From: Fistulifera solaris
Lineage: Eukaryota
Length of the DNA stretch: 64,000 nucleotides
Assembly: GCA_030295235.1 (NCBI GenBank)
Contig: AP026141.1
Span: 310,001-374,000 of the forward strand
Reading direction: 5' to 3'
In this document: in pieces, positions 38,246 to 50,896 of the stretch
How the letters are laid out: each line of letters opens with the position of its first letter
Numbering within the stretch: position 1 is the stretch's first letter
Translations under genes and position numbers: made by a program
The notes under the pieces: generated by a model
Databases searched by the model: none
What the model was told of the DNA's origin: nothing
The model's input: only the letters and a program-made list of their open reading frames with translations

Positions 38246-39568
38246 GATGGAATATTAATGGAGAAGTTATGAAAGGATTGGAAGGATGGGATAATGATTA
38301 TTATTTTATGATGACGAAGGTCGATCATTGTTGCCGTGGGGGAAGAATCAGTCGAAAAAATGAAGGGTTGTGTTGGGCTTTTGTATTTCGTTAACAAGTG
38401 GCGGTCGAATGACCTCCCCGTAAACTTTCAAAGAGAAACAGTGCTTCGCGTTGTCCGGTTGTATGCGAAAAACAGTGCGAACAACGGTCGAATCAATCTT
38501 GAACTCGGTGTTGAATGGAGAGTTGATCGTGGTCCGACAAATAAGCCCACCGCCTTTTTACTTATGCCCTGCCAGCGGAAAACACTCTGGTTCGGAACCC
38601 GAATGCGGACCATAACCCCGCCGATCACGAATCACGAATGAGCCAGAACGTTTGCCTATGTTTTTTATTGATGGAAAGACACGGACTAAGTTATACTTTC
38701 TAGTTTTGACAACAGCAAGCCATTGCAGCTAGCAAATCGCAATGCATCCCATCTAGAGACAAAAATCAATAGAAGATCTTGTGAGAGAAAGTGAAGCGAA
38801 AATAGATGGTTTCCGTTGCAACCCACATTTTTCCCTTTCGTCCTAAACATCGCATTTGCAACTGCATCGATGAAAGTGATGAAACTTTTTGATTAAGTTC
38901 ATCAAGATCATTATTATTGAAAGTGACGATGCAGCGAACTCGCGGTGTCAGATGTTCGGAGTGCGATTTGTGACAATGCAAAAGCTTCGCATCCAAAAGA
39001 TAATAGTTGTTGGATTTTACAACGGACTGAAAAACCATTTATTACGCAAGGATTCGAACTCCCAGCAATAGAACAAAACCTGGTAAATGATTATTATTTG
39101 TGTTTACGACGGGTTATTTCCTTGGTTTACGATTGTTAGTTGCATCCGTGACAGGATTTTATGATGACTCCTCGGGTTCTCGGGTTTCATTGAGTACAGA
39201 ACGTGTTCTTTACTCAACACGTTATAAATACTACTGTCTACTGTATGTAATTGACAGTACTTTGACTGTGGTTCGGCTGCTTAAGTAGTTCAAAGCCTTT
39301 GCGACAGCCTTCGGACACACTCTTCGCCATACTCAACGCTCAACGCATTTACGACGCGCCGGTTGCACGGTCTGACGCACTTCTCGCGGCCCGAACATGT
39401 TCTTACTTCCATTTTACATTTTACTCGATCAACATTCTGTGGACTTCAAGCATCACTTGCTGCGTCTTGTCTTACCCTTTTTCAATTAGAATTCACACAC
39501 TCGAGAAAAGTTTAAATTCCAAAGTATATTAGCACCTCGGGATTGGGGCGCGAAACACCACAAATAAA

Positions 39569-40545
39569 ATGAGAACATTCAGCACAATATCAGTGATGCT
39601 CGCGATCGGCCTGCCGAGCGCGTACGCCTTCTCGCTAGGACGAGTGATAGTCAACTATTATTATTATTACAAGGCCTCGAAAGACGGCAAAACGCCATAC
39701 AACCGCTCTCGTCAACACCCAGCACAGAAAGTACAAACGTCCGAGGCGACACTGCCGGCAACCCGCAATTTCCTCAACCACAACCGGCGGATGTGGGGTT
39801 AGCCGACCGATCTCCGCCACCCGAGGTAGATGTGGAACCCACCAAAAAGATTTGGAATGTGGCATCACCCGTGACGGTTCAGGGACGATCCCTGAAAACG
39901 TGGGCGTTTCCCGATCGCGACATTGATAAGGTTCATTTGGTGATGAAAACCGACGGTCGACCGTTGCTCGCCAACGTAGATTTATGGCAGGGGCCACGGA
40001 ATACGCCGCAACGAATCAGTGTCTATACCGAAGACGGAGATGTTCGTCCCTTTTCGGCACTGATCGCTACGACGGGAATTGGGTCGAACGTCGTTCGCGT
40101 CGTGAATGCGGCCACATTGGAATTTCCCCTCAAAGCCTGCATAGTCCCCAGCACCGCTGGCGGACCGTTACCGGCGATGCAACTCCAATCACCGATCGTG
40201 ATCCAGGGAGGTTCCTTACGGACATGGTCGTTCGAGGCACCGACGAAAAGTGTCATGGTATTGATCAAAACCGATGGTCGACCGATGAATGCCCGCATCG
40301 AATTATTGCAGGGTCCCAATACCATCAAGCAAGTCATGGAGCTGTATACGGAGGATGGTGTCGAACGTCCATTTTTCGCGGTCATGGAGACTCCGGGAAC
40401 GGGGAACGTTGTGCGCGTTGTCAATACAGCTCCCATGGAATTTCCGCTCACCGCCAGCGTCGAGCCCTTCGAGACGGAAGTTCCCGGTGCCGGGCTTCCG
40501 CAAAACGGGATCTTGGGCGGGAATATTCCCAAAGTACAATGGTGA
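39569..40545 (+). CDS. Uncharacterised two-repeat algal protein with plastid-type leader
   Basis: Two ~105-aa repeats (QG.SL.TW.F..KTDGRP..L.QGP..YTEDG..RPF..NVVRVVN.A..EFPL). Leader AYA-F; slip near 39630. Confidence 0.8.
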
Positions 40546-40762
40546 TGAATGAAACTTTATTCAATGTTCGGGGATAGACTCGTTGCATGAAGATAGCGTG
40601 TGTCCAATATAAGTAGTAGTAATTATATATCTATGCGTTTCGGCTCAAGTTAGTTGCGGTTGTTGTTCGTTGAAGAAAATTGAGTCTACAAAAGGCTTGC
40701 TCTAAGTAAATACTTGAATGAATTGAAGTCTTACACTTTGTGTGATCTGTCAAAGAGGGCGC

Positions 40763-41311
40763 TCAAGGTAGTAATGTCAGGAGAAGATCCTTGATATCGT
40801 CCTTACTCAATCCTTGGAGCGAAATGATTTCCACGGCTTTCTCTTTGAGTTTCTCGTACGACAGTTTACCGGATGATAACGTTTCGTCCAACAACAAAAC
40901 TTCCATGGGAGGACGGTTGAAAAGTGACATTAAGTCTTTTTCGGTAGACGACCGGGTGATAGCTTGCAATCGTTTGTCTCCGCCTTTTTCGTTCCGTAGC
41001 TTTTCCCATTCCTCTTTGTCTTCCAATAGTCGATCCAATTCATTGGTAAAATGCGGATGCGTCGCCGTTGATTTGACGAGAACCGCCGCTTGATACGGAT
41101 TGGTTCTTCGTTTGACGGCTAAATACGTTTGGCAGCATTTTTGGCAGTCATTTGGCTGGGGTAACAAGTCACATGTCGAACACGCCAGCCGCATCGGATC
41201 AAATCCCTTGGAACGACATTCACGAACATCGAGCCTTCTGTCAGGGTCGGCGGCAGAGCCGAAGTGAATAGAAGTTGCCAAAACACAAAATAAAATCAGG
41301 AAAGTTAACAT
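40763..41311 (-). CDS. Selenoprotein F (Sep15)-like protein without the CxU motif
   Basis: Signal peptide, then ECRSKGF..LACSTCDLL..DCQKCCQ; C-terminal EIISL..LSKDDIKDLL. Confidence 0.65.
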   Translation of the reverse strand: MLTFLILFCVLATSIHFGSAADPDRRLDVRECRSKGFDPMRLACSTCDLLPQPNDCQKCCQTYLAVKRRTNPYQAAVLVKSTATHPHFTNELDRLLEDKEEWEKLRNEKGGDKRLQAITRSSTEKDLMSLFNRPPMEVLLLDETLSSGKLSYEKLKEKAVEIISLQGLSKDDIKDLLLTLLP

Positions 41312-41634
41312 TGCTGCAAGGCAATAATGATGCTTTGCGGTAAGATAGACTGATAGCAAGTTGATTGTCGATGAGAGAGCTGACTAATAATAAATAATGA
41401 TTGATGAAGTTATTCTTTTATTGTTGTTGCAAATGTCGTCTCCATGTTGTCTGTTACTCCGTATTATTCTTGATGATGTTGTTGAGGGCTAATATCAAGC
41501 AAAAAGTAGTCGATCTCCCGACTCAATCCGCTCTCAATCCCGCCACTGGTAAACAACAAAAATGCCATTATCTGCGCCCAAGACAAAGAACGCGTCAAGG
41601 CGTTTGTTTGTAATTTTTACAGTAGTCTAGCAAT

Positions 41635-43109
41635 CTAGCTTCTTTTGTCTGTTAAATCCTCGAGTTGTTGCTCAATTTCTTGGAGTCTCTTTTCTGCCGA
41701 AACCCGATACTCTTTCAAAACTTCTAATGACTCTTCTACGCTTTGACTTGGTGCCGTTTGTTGTTGAACCAAAATTGGTTTTTCCTTCTTCGGCTCAGGT
41801 CTCCAATCCGGATCCCATTTTACTTGACCATCAGATTCTTCTAATAAATAACCCACTGGCCGCTGCATCGCGCTTCAAATTATGATCTCGCGCCGCCTTT
41901 TCAATCGCATAAATGCAATCACCGAGTTGGCCCCCGGCCTCCAATGCATCCACGAGCGCATCGTACGCTGGTTTGTATTCGCGCATCATTAATGTGGCTT
42001 GTAACGCACCCCATCTCGCTTGATTCTTAATGGCGGCCGCATCCCACGTCGTTGTCCCTCGTTGGTTCCCATTCAGTCGACTCAAAAGGCTACCAACGCC
42101 ATTTCATCACCGGCGCCTCCATCGGCACGTCCAAATTGATCGGCTTCGGCGGCAATCCCGGCCATTACTATAATGGAGTAGCGATCAATCAAGGCACGCG
42201 TCAAGCGTTGACCGCCGCTATTGATGGCTTTGGACAATTCCGGATCAAAGAACGAAGTCCCCGCGGTCACTTGTCGGGACTCGAACCGCCGATCTTGCAA
42301 GGCCGCCCAGGCCGATAAGACGATACCTTCCACCGGGCATCCGAGCAAGTAGGCCGCAAACAAGTGATTGGCTTCGTGTTTTAGAATTTTTGTTGGACAC
42401 CCGGACTGAAGAGTTTGAGGTACGTTTCAAAGATTGCCCCATTCAGTAAGATGCGATCCAGGACGGCACCCAAGAGAGTCAGAAGCACCAAGGCATTGAA
42501 ATCGATGCCACTGGCGAGACTAGCCAAAGCCTCCACGGTCGCCGTCAAGACGCCCGCAATCCAGATCGTGTTGGTGGCTTGGGGAGTCAGTGCCTGCATC
42601 GGCAAACCCAGAATTTCTTCCATGACGGGCGGTGGTATACTGTGACTTCCTGCCGTCATGGTTGAAACCGCCCCGTAGAGTTGTAAATGATTCTGGTCAC
42701 GTAATGTTTGGTACATGGCCGTCATTTCATTCCGGGCCGCCGATTCGAGGGGAAAATCGGCCCTCAAATTTTCGGTATTTTCTTCCGCATTCCGCGTTCG
42801 TTCTTCAATGGCGGTGAATATTTTATTCCAGCGGTCTTTGGTTAAAAGTGTATCGGGATGTTGTTGTAGATACGTGACGGCTTCGCGTAGTTTGACCTGA
42901 TCTAACAGAGAATCGAAGTGACTGGCATCGTTGGTGCTTTGTAAGACGAATAGCGACGACGACGACGACGACGACGATATCCTCCTTGCATGTCCCGATC
43001 CACCCTGCTTACGCGATGATATTGTCGAGTAATAGTGCTTGCGACCGACAAAAGCAGAGGAACTATGCAGTAGTGAGAGTGAGAAAATTATGGTCGATGA
43101 ATATCGCAT
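41635..43109 (-). CDS. Plastid peptidase-M41-like protein without ATPase domain (VIR3-like)
   Basis: Leader SSA-F, two TM segments, [28 protein letters not shown]. Slips near 42387, 42085 and 41855. Confidence 0.7.
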
Positions 43110-43806
43110 GGTGAAAGAGTGGGTCGATGATAATTCGGTTTTGTTATTTGTGCGTTTGCTGTGCCGTCCACGACACAGAAGACTTCTGAATGAGGTTATG
43201 GAATGAATGCTGACTATCTTTCACGACAGAAAAGAAATGCATACATTTGTCAACAGCAACGCATTCCCTCTCCATTTTCATCGTCGCGAACGCGCATTTT
43301 CTCGTTGTATCGTGTGACGTGGTTTTAGTGTTTGCGTGGTTTCTGTGTCAGTCACGTTTCGCAACAGGACGAATGATAACTTACATGAAACATCATTCAT
43401 CATCATTCATCATCGTCATCATCATGATGTTAAAACACCGATCTCTTTCGTCAATAATTCTCGTCAAGAATATCTAGTCACTTTGAATGTGCTTACACAT
43501 TCAAATGACTCCGTGTACAGCATCGTGAAGTCGCTAGAGTTCAAAAGTGAAAAGTTGGTATTGACAATCATTTAGACCTATAGTAGATCACTATTATTTT
43601 TAGAGAGTATGATGGGGAGATCAGCTTGCACAATGAATTTTTCACTTTGCATATACATCGATAGCTTGTCATCATTTTATGAACGGCAGAATGAGACGGA
43701 AGAGATGGATAGACTTGTTCGTAATCGTGATAGGGCGGCCTGCACCTTTGTGTAATATGAAGCCACGCCATGTGTTGAAATACAGAAAGATCTTTTACTT
43801 TGTTCA

Positions 43807-44468
43807 TCATGACGACTCTTCCATGAGTCGGGCTCGAGCTTGCGCGTTTTCTTCGATATACGATTGATATTCTTCGTAAAAGTCTTCCCAGTTGTCGCGT
43901 TTCAAACATTCCTCGACCGTGTCTTGTAATTTGCGACGAAAATACGGTCCTCCTCCCGCAAAGGATGCCACACAATGCGATCCCCGATAAATGTGCAAAA
44001 GGGAAAACTCGTCACACCCAAGGACCGCAATTGGTCACTGGAAAAATCCTCCGTGGCCTCCAAACGCACAAATTGAATTTGCTCATAGGTTTTTCTCAAC
44101 AGTTTGAATGGAATACTCATGCGCTGACAGGTTTTACAATAATGGGCATGAAATTTGACGACCGTCAATTGTTGGGTGTCGCGTTGGGCGTCGATGATGC
44201 GACAAAACGACTCTCGTGTGTGGAGACTCCAGACGGGTCCTGTAATGAATTCTTTTTCTTTCAATGAGTCTTTTCGACTGTGTAACTCGTCCAATGTGAC
44301 GAGCGGTGTGCGCGTCTGTTTCTCAAAGGATACCGCGGTGGTATTGGTTCCGATGACCATTGTGGCGGCGAGTGCAGTAGTCCTTCGGGTCTGTGGTGTT
44401 GTTGCGAGCCATGAGACAACGTCCGGAATCATCCAACTTAGTAATAATACAATACGAGCAACAATCAT
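43807..44468 (-). CDS. Atypical thioredoxin (YCKTC), probably plastid
   Basis: VVKFHAHYCKTC, LGVTSFPF; leader VVS-W; slip near 43980. Confidence 0.75.
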
Positions 44469-44990
44469 TGTTGATTGTTGATGCCTTTGTCACTTTTTCC
44501 CTTATGCAGTAACTGCTAGTAGTGAAGGGCGCAGAGTATATAATACGACGTATGGGAAGAATGCGTTCGATTTTGCGGACGCTTTCATCGGCCATCGGCC
44601 CGCGTTTGATTGGCGACGATGGCGGCCACCAAAATCGGCGTTTCTCGTCTTCTTGTTCCTCGGCAGAATGCGGGTTCCAAGTACAGTTTACGGCTATACA
44701 GTGAAATCTCTTATGGTGTCGCTCCGAATTGAATCACTTATCAACTAAAAATGCTGCCTTTACTGAACAGAGCATATCTATCGTGTCCCGCCTACTTCGT
44801 GTCTCGAGCAAGTAGATTGTGACACAGATTTGACACGCAACGACAAAAAGACGCGAGGCACCTCGTCACCCGACAAAAGATGCGAGAAAGATAACGATGA
44901 TGATTCATTCAACCTGAAAGAGGACGAAACGAGACGACGTTGTAATCTAACAAAAACATAACTGTGAGAAAGAGAGAAGAAATACTCACA

Positions 44991-45692
44991 ATGAGATTCA
45001 CATTGTTTCATGTTGCCGTGCTCATCGGTGGTTCCTCCGTGACGACTTCCTTTGTACTCCACAACAACCACCCGGTTGTTACTTCTACGAGTCTATCGGC
45101 GTCTCGTCGTGACTTTCTCACGACCGCTTCGTCCCTACTACTTGTTAAAGGAGCCGTTCCCGCACACGCCGAATTGGATTTTGATCGGGTCCAAGATTTG
45201 CTCAAGGACACTCCGGCCGGTGCCGAAATTTACAAGCCCGCTCCGAAACGACCCACGTATTTGGCGGAACCGACGGAAGAATTCCGACAAAACGAAAAGA
45301 AAGCGAGTGATTTCAAGCGGGAACAACTGAAAGTGAAAGGACAATTCATGGCCTTGTTGCAAAAATTGCAAGACGATCCGAACGATGAAACGACCTTGGC
45401 GAATGATTTGGATGAATTGCGTCGTTTGGTTCGTAAAGGAGGTGGTTTGCCTTTGGGAATTACGAAAGAAGAAGTCGTCAAACAAGTGCGTCGTCGTAAG
45501 GCCCGCAAGTTCTGGCCCGTGAATGTGGAAATTGCGTAAGTTGTCCGGTCCGTGAATTTAGTAGCGAAAGGAAAAGGTTTCTCATTCTTGATCCTCTATT
45601 ACAGGTACCAGGATTTGCTAGCGGAAATTGCTTATCAACAGAGCCCCAACACGGATCCAGGAAGTGCCATGGGTGGGAAAACATTCATTTAA
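44991..45692 (+). CDS. Probable thylakoid-lumen protein of unknown function
   Basis: Signal peptide TTS-F, then SRRDFL + hydrophobic core + AHA cleavage; intron 45536-45604. Confidence 0.75.
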
Positions 45693-45813
45693 TGCTAATA
45701 GTAATAAGCTAGATGACTAAAAGGTTATAAAATGCTATTGGAGTAGCCTAATAGCTTTGGGAAAGGTGCTGATGTTACATTGTCAGGCATAACTTGCGTG
45801 AAAAGGATTGTCG

Positions 45814-47366
45814 TCATGTGATGAATGAATCGTTTTCTGGAACCGTGAAAAGAACCGAAGGAATTGTGGTCTCATCAGTTTCCTCCGGTGCTTCGGCATC
45901 GGCCATGGTGCGGCGCAAAGGTGCGTCGAAGAGCGAATAGTATCCCATAGTCAACAATGTAATGATCAACAACAAAATCGAATCACCACGAATATCACTC
46001 GCGGCCCACGGAATTTGGGGTACTAGTTCGTAATCTTGACGCGCCGCCAATTCGGCGATCGGAACCAACAACGCGGAGATTAGATTGCCCCCAATTTGTT
46101 GCACCGACTCGACGGCCGTCTCATCACCGGGATAGGTGACATCGACCGCCAGTTCGGCATTTATCGGTTGTATGGATCCAACGGTAAGACCCAATCCGAA
46201 TAAACTGAGAAGTAGCAGTATGGGTTCTTTCCCAATGGCATGTTCCGTCAAGCCCAAAGGAATCACAAACAACGATGACAATACCAAACACGCCATGGTC
46301 ACTTTCTTGTATTCTCGGGTCCGATCCACGTATCCACCGATTAATATACCACCTACAAGGATGGCCAATTCGAATCCAGCCCCCGCCAAATCGATTTGCA
46401 ATTGACCGGTAATGCCGCCGCGTTTCATGACTTCATCAATGAAGGCACCGACCACATTGGTGATACTGATCGAACAGATGAATGCGACGAGCGCGTGGGT
46501 GAAGCCTTTCGTGGCAAAAAAAGGTTTGGATCGATTCCAAAAGGGCGGCTCTTTTTCACCCTTTCGTTTCTTTTCCAATTCCGACAAGGATGGAGGAATG
46601 GGTGGATCATCGGCAAACTGCAGCAGGGTTCCGCCCGTGACCAACGTACACAAAACCGCAATCAAACCAAAGTAATTCTCTAATCCTACGGGACTGGTGG
46701 CCATCATTCCACCGACCAAGAATGCAGTGGCGATCCCGATTTGGTTAAAATTCAAAGCAATGGCGGTACTGGTGGCTCGTTCCGAGGAAGCAAACCATTT
46801 GGCCGACAACAATGGCGGCGTACATTGAAAGAAGGGTTGGGCGGCTCCCACCAGTACAGTGCCCGCCACAAAGAAAGAATAACTCATCAAGCTGTTGCCT
46901 TCCAAAAGGGCAAGAACGAAATACCACTCCGGCACCAACATCCTACGGTCATCAATAGCGCCGCACATTGAATGACACGTTGGAGACCGAATTTGGCCAC
47001 GGTATCGGTCACGAGAAAGGAACTGGCGACGTTGGTAAACAAGAAGATATCAATAATGGACGCGGCCGAATGATGAAAGGTTTCTTCGTAAATGCCGGGT
47101 GTAGCCGCCACGGAAAAACAAATCCAATCCGACAAGAGTGCCAAGGCCGCCAAGTATCCCAATTGAATCCATCGTTGGGGATAGACTCGTGGTTGTACGT
47201 CGTCGAGTTCTGGATGGTTGACGGCGAAGGACGGTCGCTGAAAATAAGGAACATGCGTCTTGCTACGCGGAACTTCTACGAGCTTTCGTTTGCCATTCAA
47301 AACAAAGCCATGCGAGTCGAAAAGCAACGCCACCAACGCCAAGAAACGCACTTGTTTGTGTCTCAT
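45814..47366 (-). CDS. MFS transporter, FLVCR/SLC49-like, with plastid-type leader
   Basis: VYPQRWIQL, AKWFASSERATSTA, ELAVDVTYPGDE; leader SHG-F; several slips. Confidence 0.8.
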
Positions 47367-47988
47367 TCCGTCAAAGCAACACGCGGCGAACAAAAGTGTC
47401 GACAGATCGTAACGTTCTAGCCTCTCTTTCGAGGCCTCTTTTTTCTATCGACTCCTCTACAAGAATACCCCACGGCAATGTACTACTTTGGTAATTCTGG
47501 GAGATATTGGCTGGACGATAGGAGAAGATAGAATAGTCGATTACTTATTGGCGTTTCTTGCTCCGCAATGGCATCCTTCGTTTTTTCTTTTTTCGTCACG
47601 GCAGGATTCTGACACGCGCGATGTTGCTGCGACAAACATAAGGCCTATTTATGACGTCACAAAGGGAAAGCGACGAATGAATCAACGAAAGGTAAAATGG
47701 CACAACGTGGACCATTGACAATAATTCATCGGCATGATTTAATAGTAATCTGTCTTTGTTCCGACAGCGCAAGCGCCAATTGTCGGAAGCTGACGAGCGG
47801 CTTTCGCCACACTGCTCCATCATGAGTGCGGATGATCGTGATGCGATCCTATCGCAATAAGTCCCGCAGTCTCGTTCGTCGCGTCCGAGTCGAATGAACT
47901 ACTAAAGATTAATGCATCAATCCTACCATAAATTTTACGACGGAAAAATAATGCTGTTGTTTCATTCAGAATGACTAATTTACCCCAG

Positions 47989-48608
47989 TTAGCTGTTTAG
48001 TCTCCTCGTTTGCGGAGGAGCTTCCCCTTGTTCGTCTTTTTTATTCTTTTTACCCTTCTTCGACTTCTTCTTGTCTTTCTTCGTTTTCTGTTTGTCCTTC
48101 TTCTTCTCTTGGGCATCTTCGATCAGTAGAGGTCCTTCTGTAACAAGGCAGTCAACCTCACGCACATGTTCAATGCGGTAATTGTATGCATCATGGATGT
48201 ATCGGGAGTCCAAATCCATGGACAAATATGTAGGATGAAAGAAACCGTCATCGTTCACCTCCATGGAACACGAGTTTGCTCCCTCGGTGGGGCAACCCTG
48301 GATGCATTTCTCTTTGTAAAGGTTCCAAAAGTCGTCGAGCGTCTGCAAGTCACCATAGCGTCCATCGTCGTACGAATACGGTTGGCCAAACAAAACGGTA
48401 CGGTTGTTGGGCGGTTCCATCACGAGCCCCACAAAAGTGAACGAAAATGTGTAACAGGGAGGAGGGCTCCATTGGGCATAGGCCTCGTCATACGCCACGG
48501 CGGTCGTTTCCCAATCGACACACGGTTCATGGACCCAGTCCTCGGCCTGTGCCACGAAGGCCATACTGAAAAAAGTGCAAAGAGCGACAAGAGGTTCATA
48601 CGGCTCAT
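47989..48608 (-). CDS. Secreted small protein, DUF6174-like domain plus Lys-rich tail
   Basis: Signal peptide ending AQA after a T-run correction near 48570; tail KKKDKQKTKKDKKKSKKGKKNKK..RRL. Confidence 0.65.
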
Positions 48609-49374
48609 GGTGTTTGGGAAAAACTTCAATTTCGGTTCGGTCGGATACTTGTGTTCACTCGAAGATCGGGAAAAATGAGAAGATCAAAATGTGAGGGGGG
48701 AGAAAACGTGCCAGCCATTTTTTCTTTTTTCTCACGTCATCAATGCTGTATGCGGCTTTCTTCATTCTTTTTATTCGCGTTTCGTGTCGGATCTGTACTA
48801 TATCGTCGTATAGTGAGGACTTATAAGTCGTGATTCATTCCTCGATTTACGGATCTTTATGGAGTCTGTTGTTACATAGGTCGGAGAACAATAATCTCGA
48901 GTCGTTGTTAGTTGTTATAAGTCGTTAGTCGTGACTCATGCTTCGAATTTATAGAAGAAGGGCGTTGCTACGAGGAGTGAGAAGTGAGAAGAGGGAGAGA
49001 ACACAGAATTGTATTCATCACTCGCCAACCCGACTCAATTGGTCGTCACAAGTTCAGTCGTGTCCGATCAGTTGCTATGTATGAATTATGAATCCTAGCT
49101 GTCAGTGCATCCTTCTATTCCCGGGGCCCTGTTTGCAAAATGGCAAAACGAGGACACCATCAAGCATTCCTTTTCTACTCGACACGATTCGTTCTGAAAC
49201 GCGCGACGATGTTGCGACCTGTACAGGATCGAGATGACGTCACAGAGTGTTTGAACAAAGTCAAACTATATGGCTAGGATGATTCATCTCAATGCAGTCC
49301 AGTTCCAAAACATAGACAAAATATTGATATAGAGTAGCAAAACTAATTCATTTCGTTATTCTCTCTAGTATTTG

Positions 49375-50523
49375 TTACTCCACCATGGCCGACTCTTTCG
49401 CTTCGACGAGTTTCTTGTTGCCATCCTTGCGAATGCGGTTGCGACTGAACATGGTCGTGTAGGGATCATATTCCTGACCTTCTTTCGCGATGCGATTGTA
49501 ATGCTCTTGCAACGTAATGGTTCCGTACTTTTCGGCGGGATCTGTCGTGAGCATATCTTCGACCGCATAGTATTTTCCGATGCGACCCGTTTCGGCCGCA
49601 TTTTCCAATTTTTCACTGCCGGTAATATCGGCCAAAAATTGCAACGTATTAATGACAACATCAAAGATCCATACGGGGGCAAACGCAAAATTGGGTTCCA
49701 TACCCGTCGCCTTGAACAACATTTCACCCTGCATTTTCATCGTCAAGGGTTCATCGGGGCCACCCAAATTGATGATCCGTTGGTGTCGTGATTTGTCCGT
49801 GACACAATCCAGCAGATAAGTCGCGAGATCGGATTCGGCAATGGGATTGCACCGGGTGACTTCGCCATCGCCAAAGGCCACGTAGGGAGCTCCACTTTGC
49901 ACGACTTCCAATTGACCCGACACGGACTTGAAAAAGGCCGTCGGTCGCACAATACTCCACGTCATATCGGTTTGTTCCTGTAGAGCGGCTTCAAACTTGA
50001 GTTTGGCCTGTTGGAATTGCAACCAGGGATTTTTGACGCAAAAGGCCGACAGCAGGACGAAATGGCCGGCCCCGACGGCCCGACCGGCTTCCAAACAATT
50101 GAGCGTGGCTTGATAATCAATCAAATAGGCGTCTTTCTTGATGCCGGAACGACTCGCGAGACAACTCACGATGGCATCAATTTTGTTGTGCTGGGAAGTA
50201 ATGTCGGCAAATACTTTTTGCAGATCGGCTTCGTCCGTCACATCGCATTTCACAATTTCGGCGCCTTCGAAGAACGGACCAAAGGACGCTTGTCCTTCTT
50301 TGGTTTCTAATTTTTGGGGATCTCTGACCAGGGCGTAGGTTTTGTATCCTTGACGAACCGCTTCGCGGACGCACGATTTGCCAATGTAACCCGTGGCGCC
50401 CGCAATGATGGCGGTTTTCTCGGCCGCCAATAATTGCGTAGGGAGACGACTGGTTGTTGTTGTGAGGGGAGCGAAACCTGCCGCCACCGAAAGGGAGAGA
50501 AATAACGTAATCAATCGCAACAT
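49375..50523 (-). CDS. DVR: NADPH-dependent divinyl chlorophyllide 8-vinyl reductase
   Basis: AAG-FAP leader, [53 protein letters not shown]. Confidence 0.93.
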   Translation of the reverse strand: MLRLITLFLSLSVAAGFAPLTTTTSRLPTQLLAAEKTAIIAGATGYIGKSCVREAVRQGYKTYALVRDPQKLETKEGQASFGPFFEGAEIVKCDVTDEADLQKVFADITSQHNKIDAIVSCLASRSGIKKDAYLIDYQATLNCLEAGRAVGAGHFVLLSAFCVKNPWLQFQQAKLKFEAALQEQTDMTWSIVRPTAFFKSVSGQLEVVQSGAPYVAFGDGEVTRCNPIAESDLATYLLDCVTDKSRHQRIINLGGPDEPLTMKMQGEMLFKATGMEPNFAFAPVWIFDVVINTLQFLADITGSEKLENAAETGRIGKYYAVEDMLTTDPAEKYGTITLQEHYNRIAKEGQEYDPYTTMFSRNRIRKDGNKKLVEAKESAMVE

Positions 50524-50896
50524 GATGGAAGAAGAAGAGAAATACGAATGAATGATGCAAGCAATATCTCTTTCCTATTTGCCAACGTAGGCGATGCTAT
50601 GTTGCGAATGTGAAGGAGCGAAGAAAAAATAAGGCGCGGGCCGACGATCGATCCAAGTTCAACATGTCTCGTGACTCGTGACTGAATCTATGTCGATGTC
50701 CGATGTCATACTAATGCTAATTGACGCACTGGTAATACACTATGGTTAAGAGTGTTAACGGACCAAGGATGTTTTTTAGTTGAGAATCAAATGCGATGCG
50801 ACATTTGTTTTCGACAAGTAAGGTCTCGTTTGGATGATGCTTTTATTTTTGTTTCGCACGAGATGAATGATCTTCACATTGTAATCACAAGCAAGT

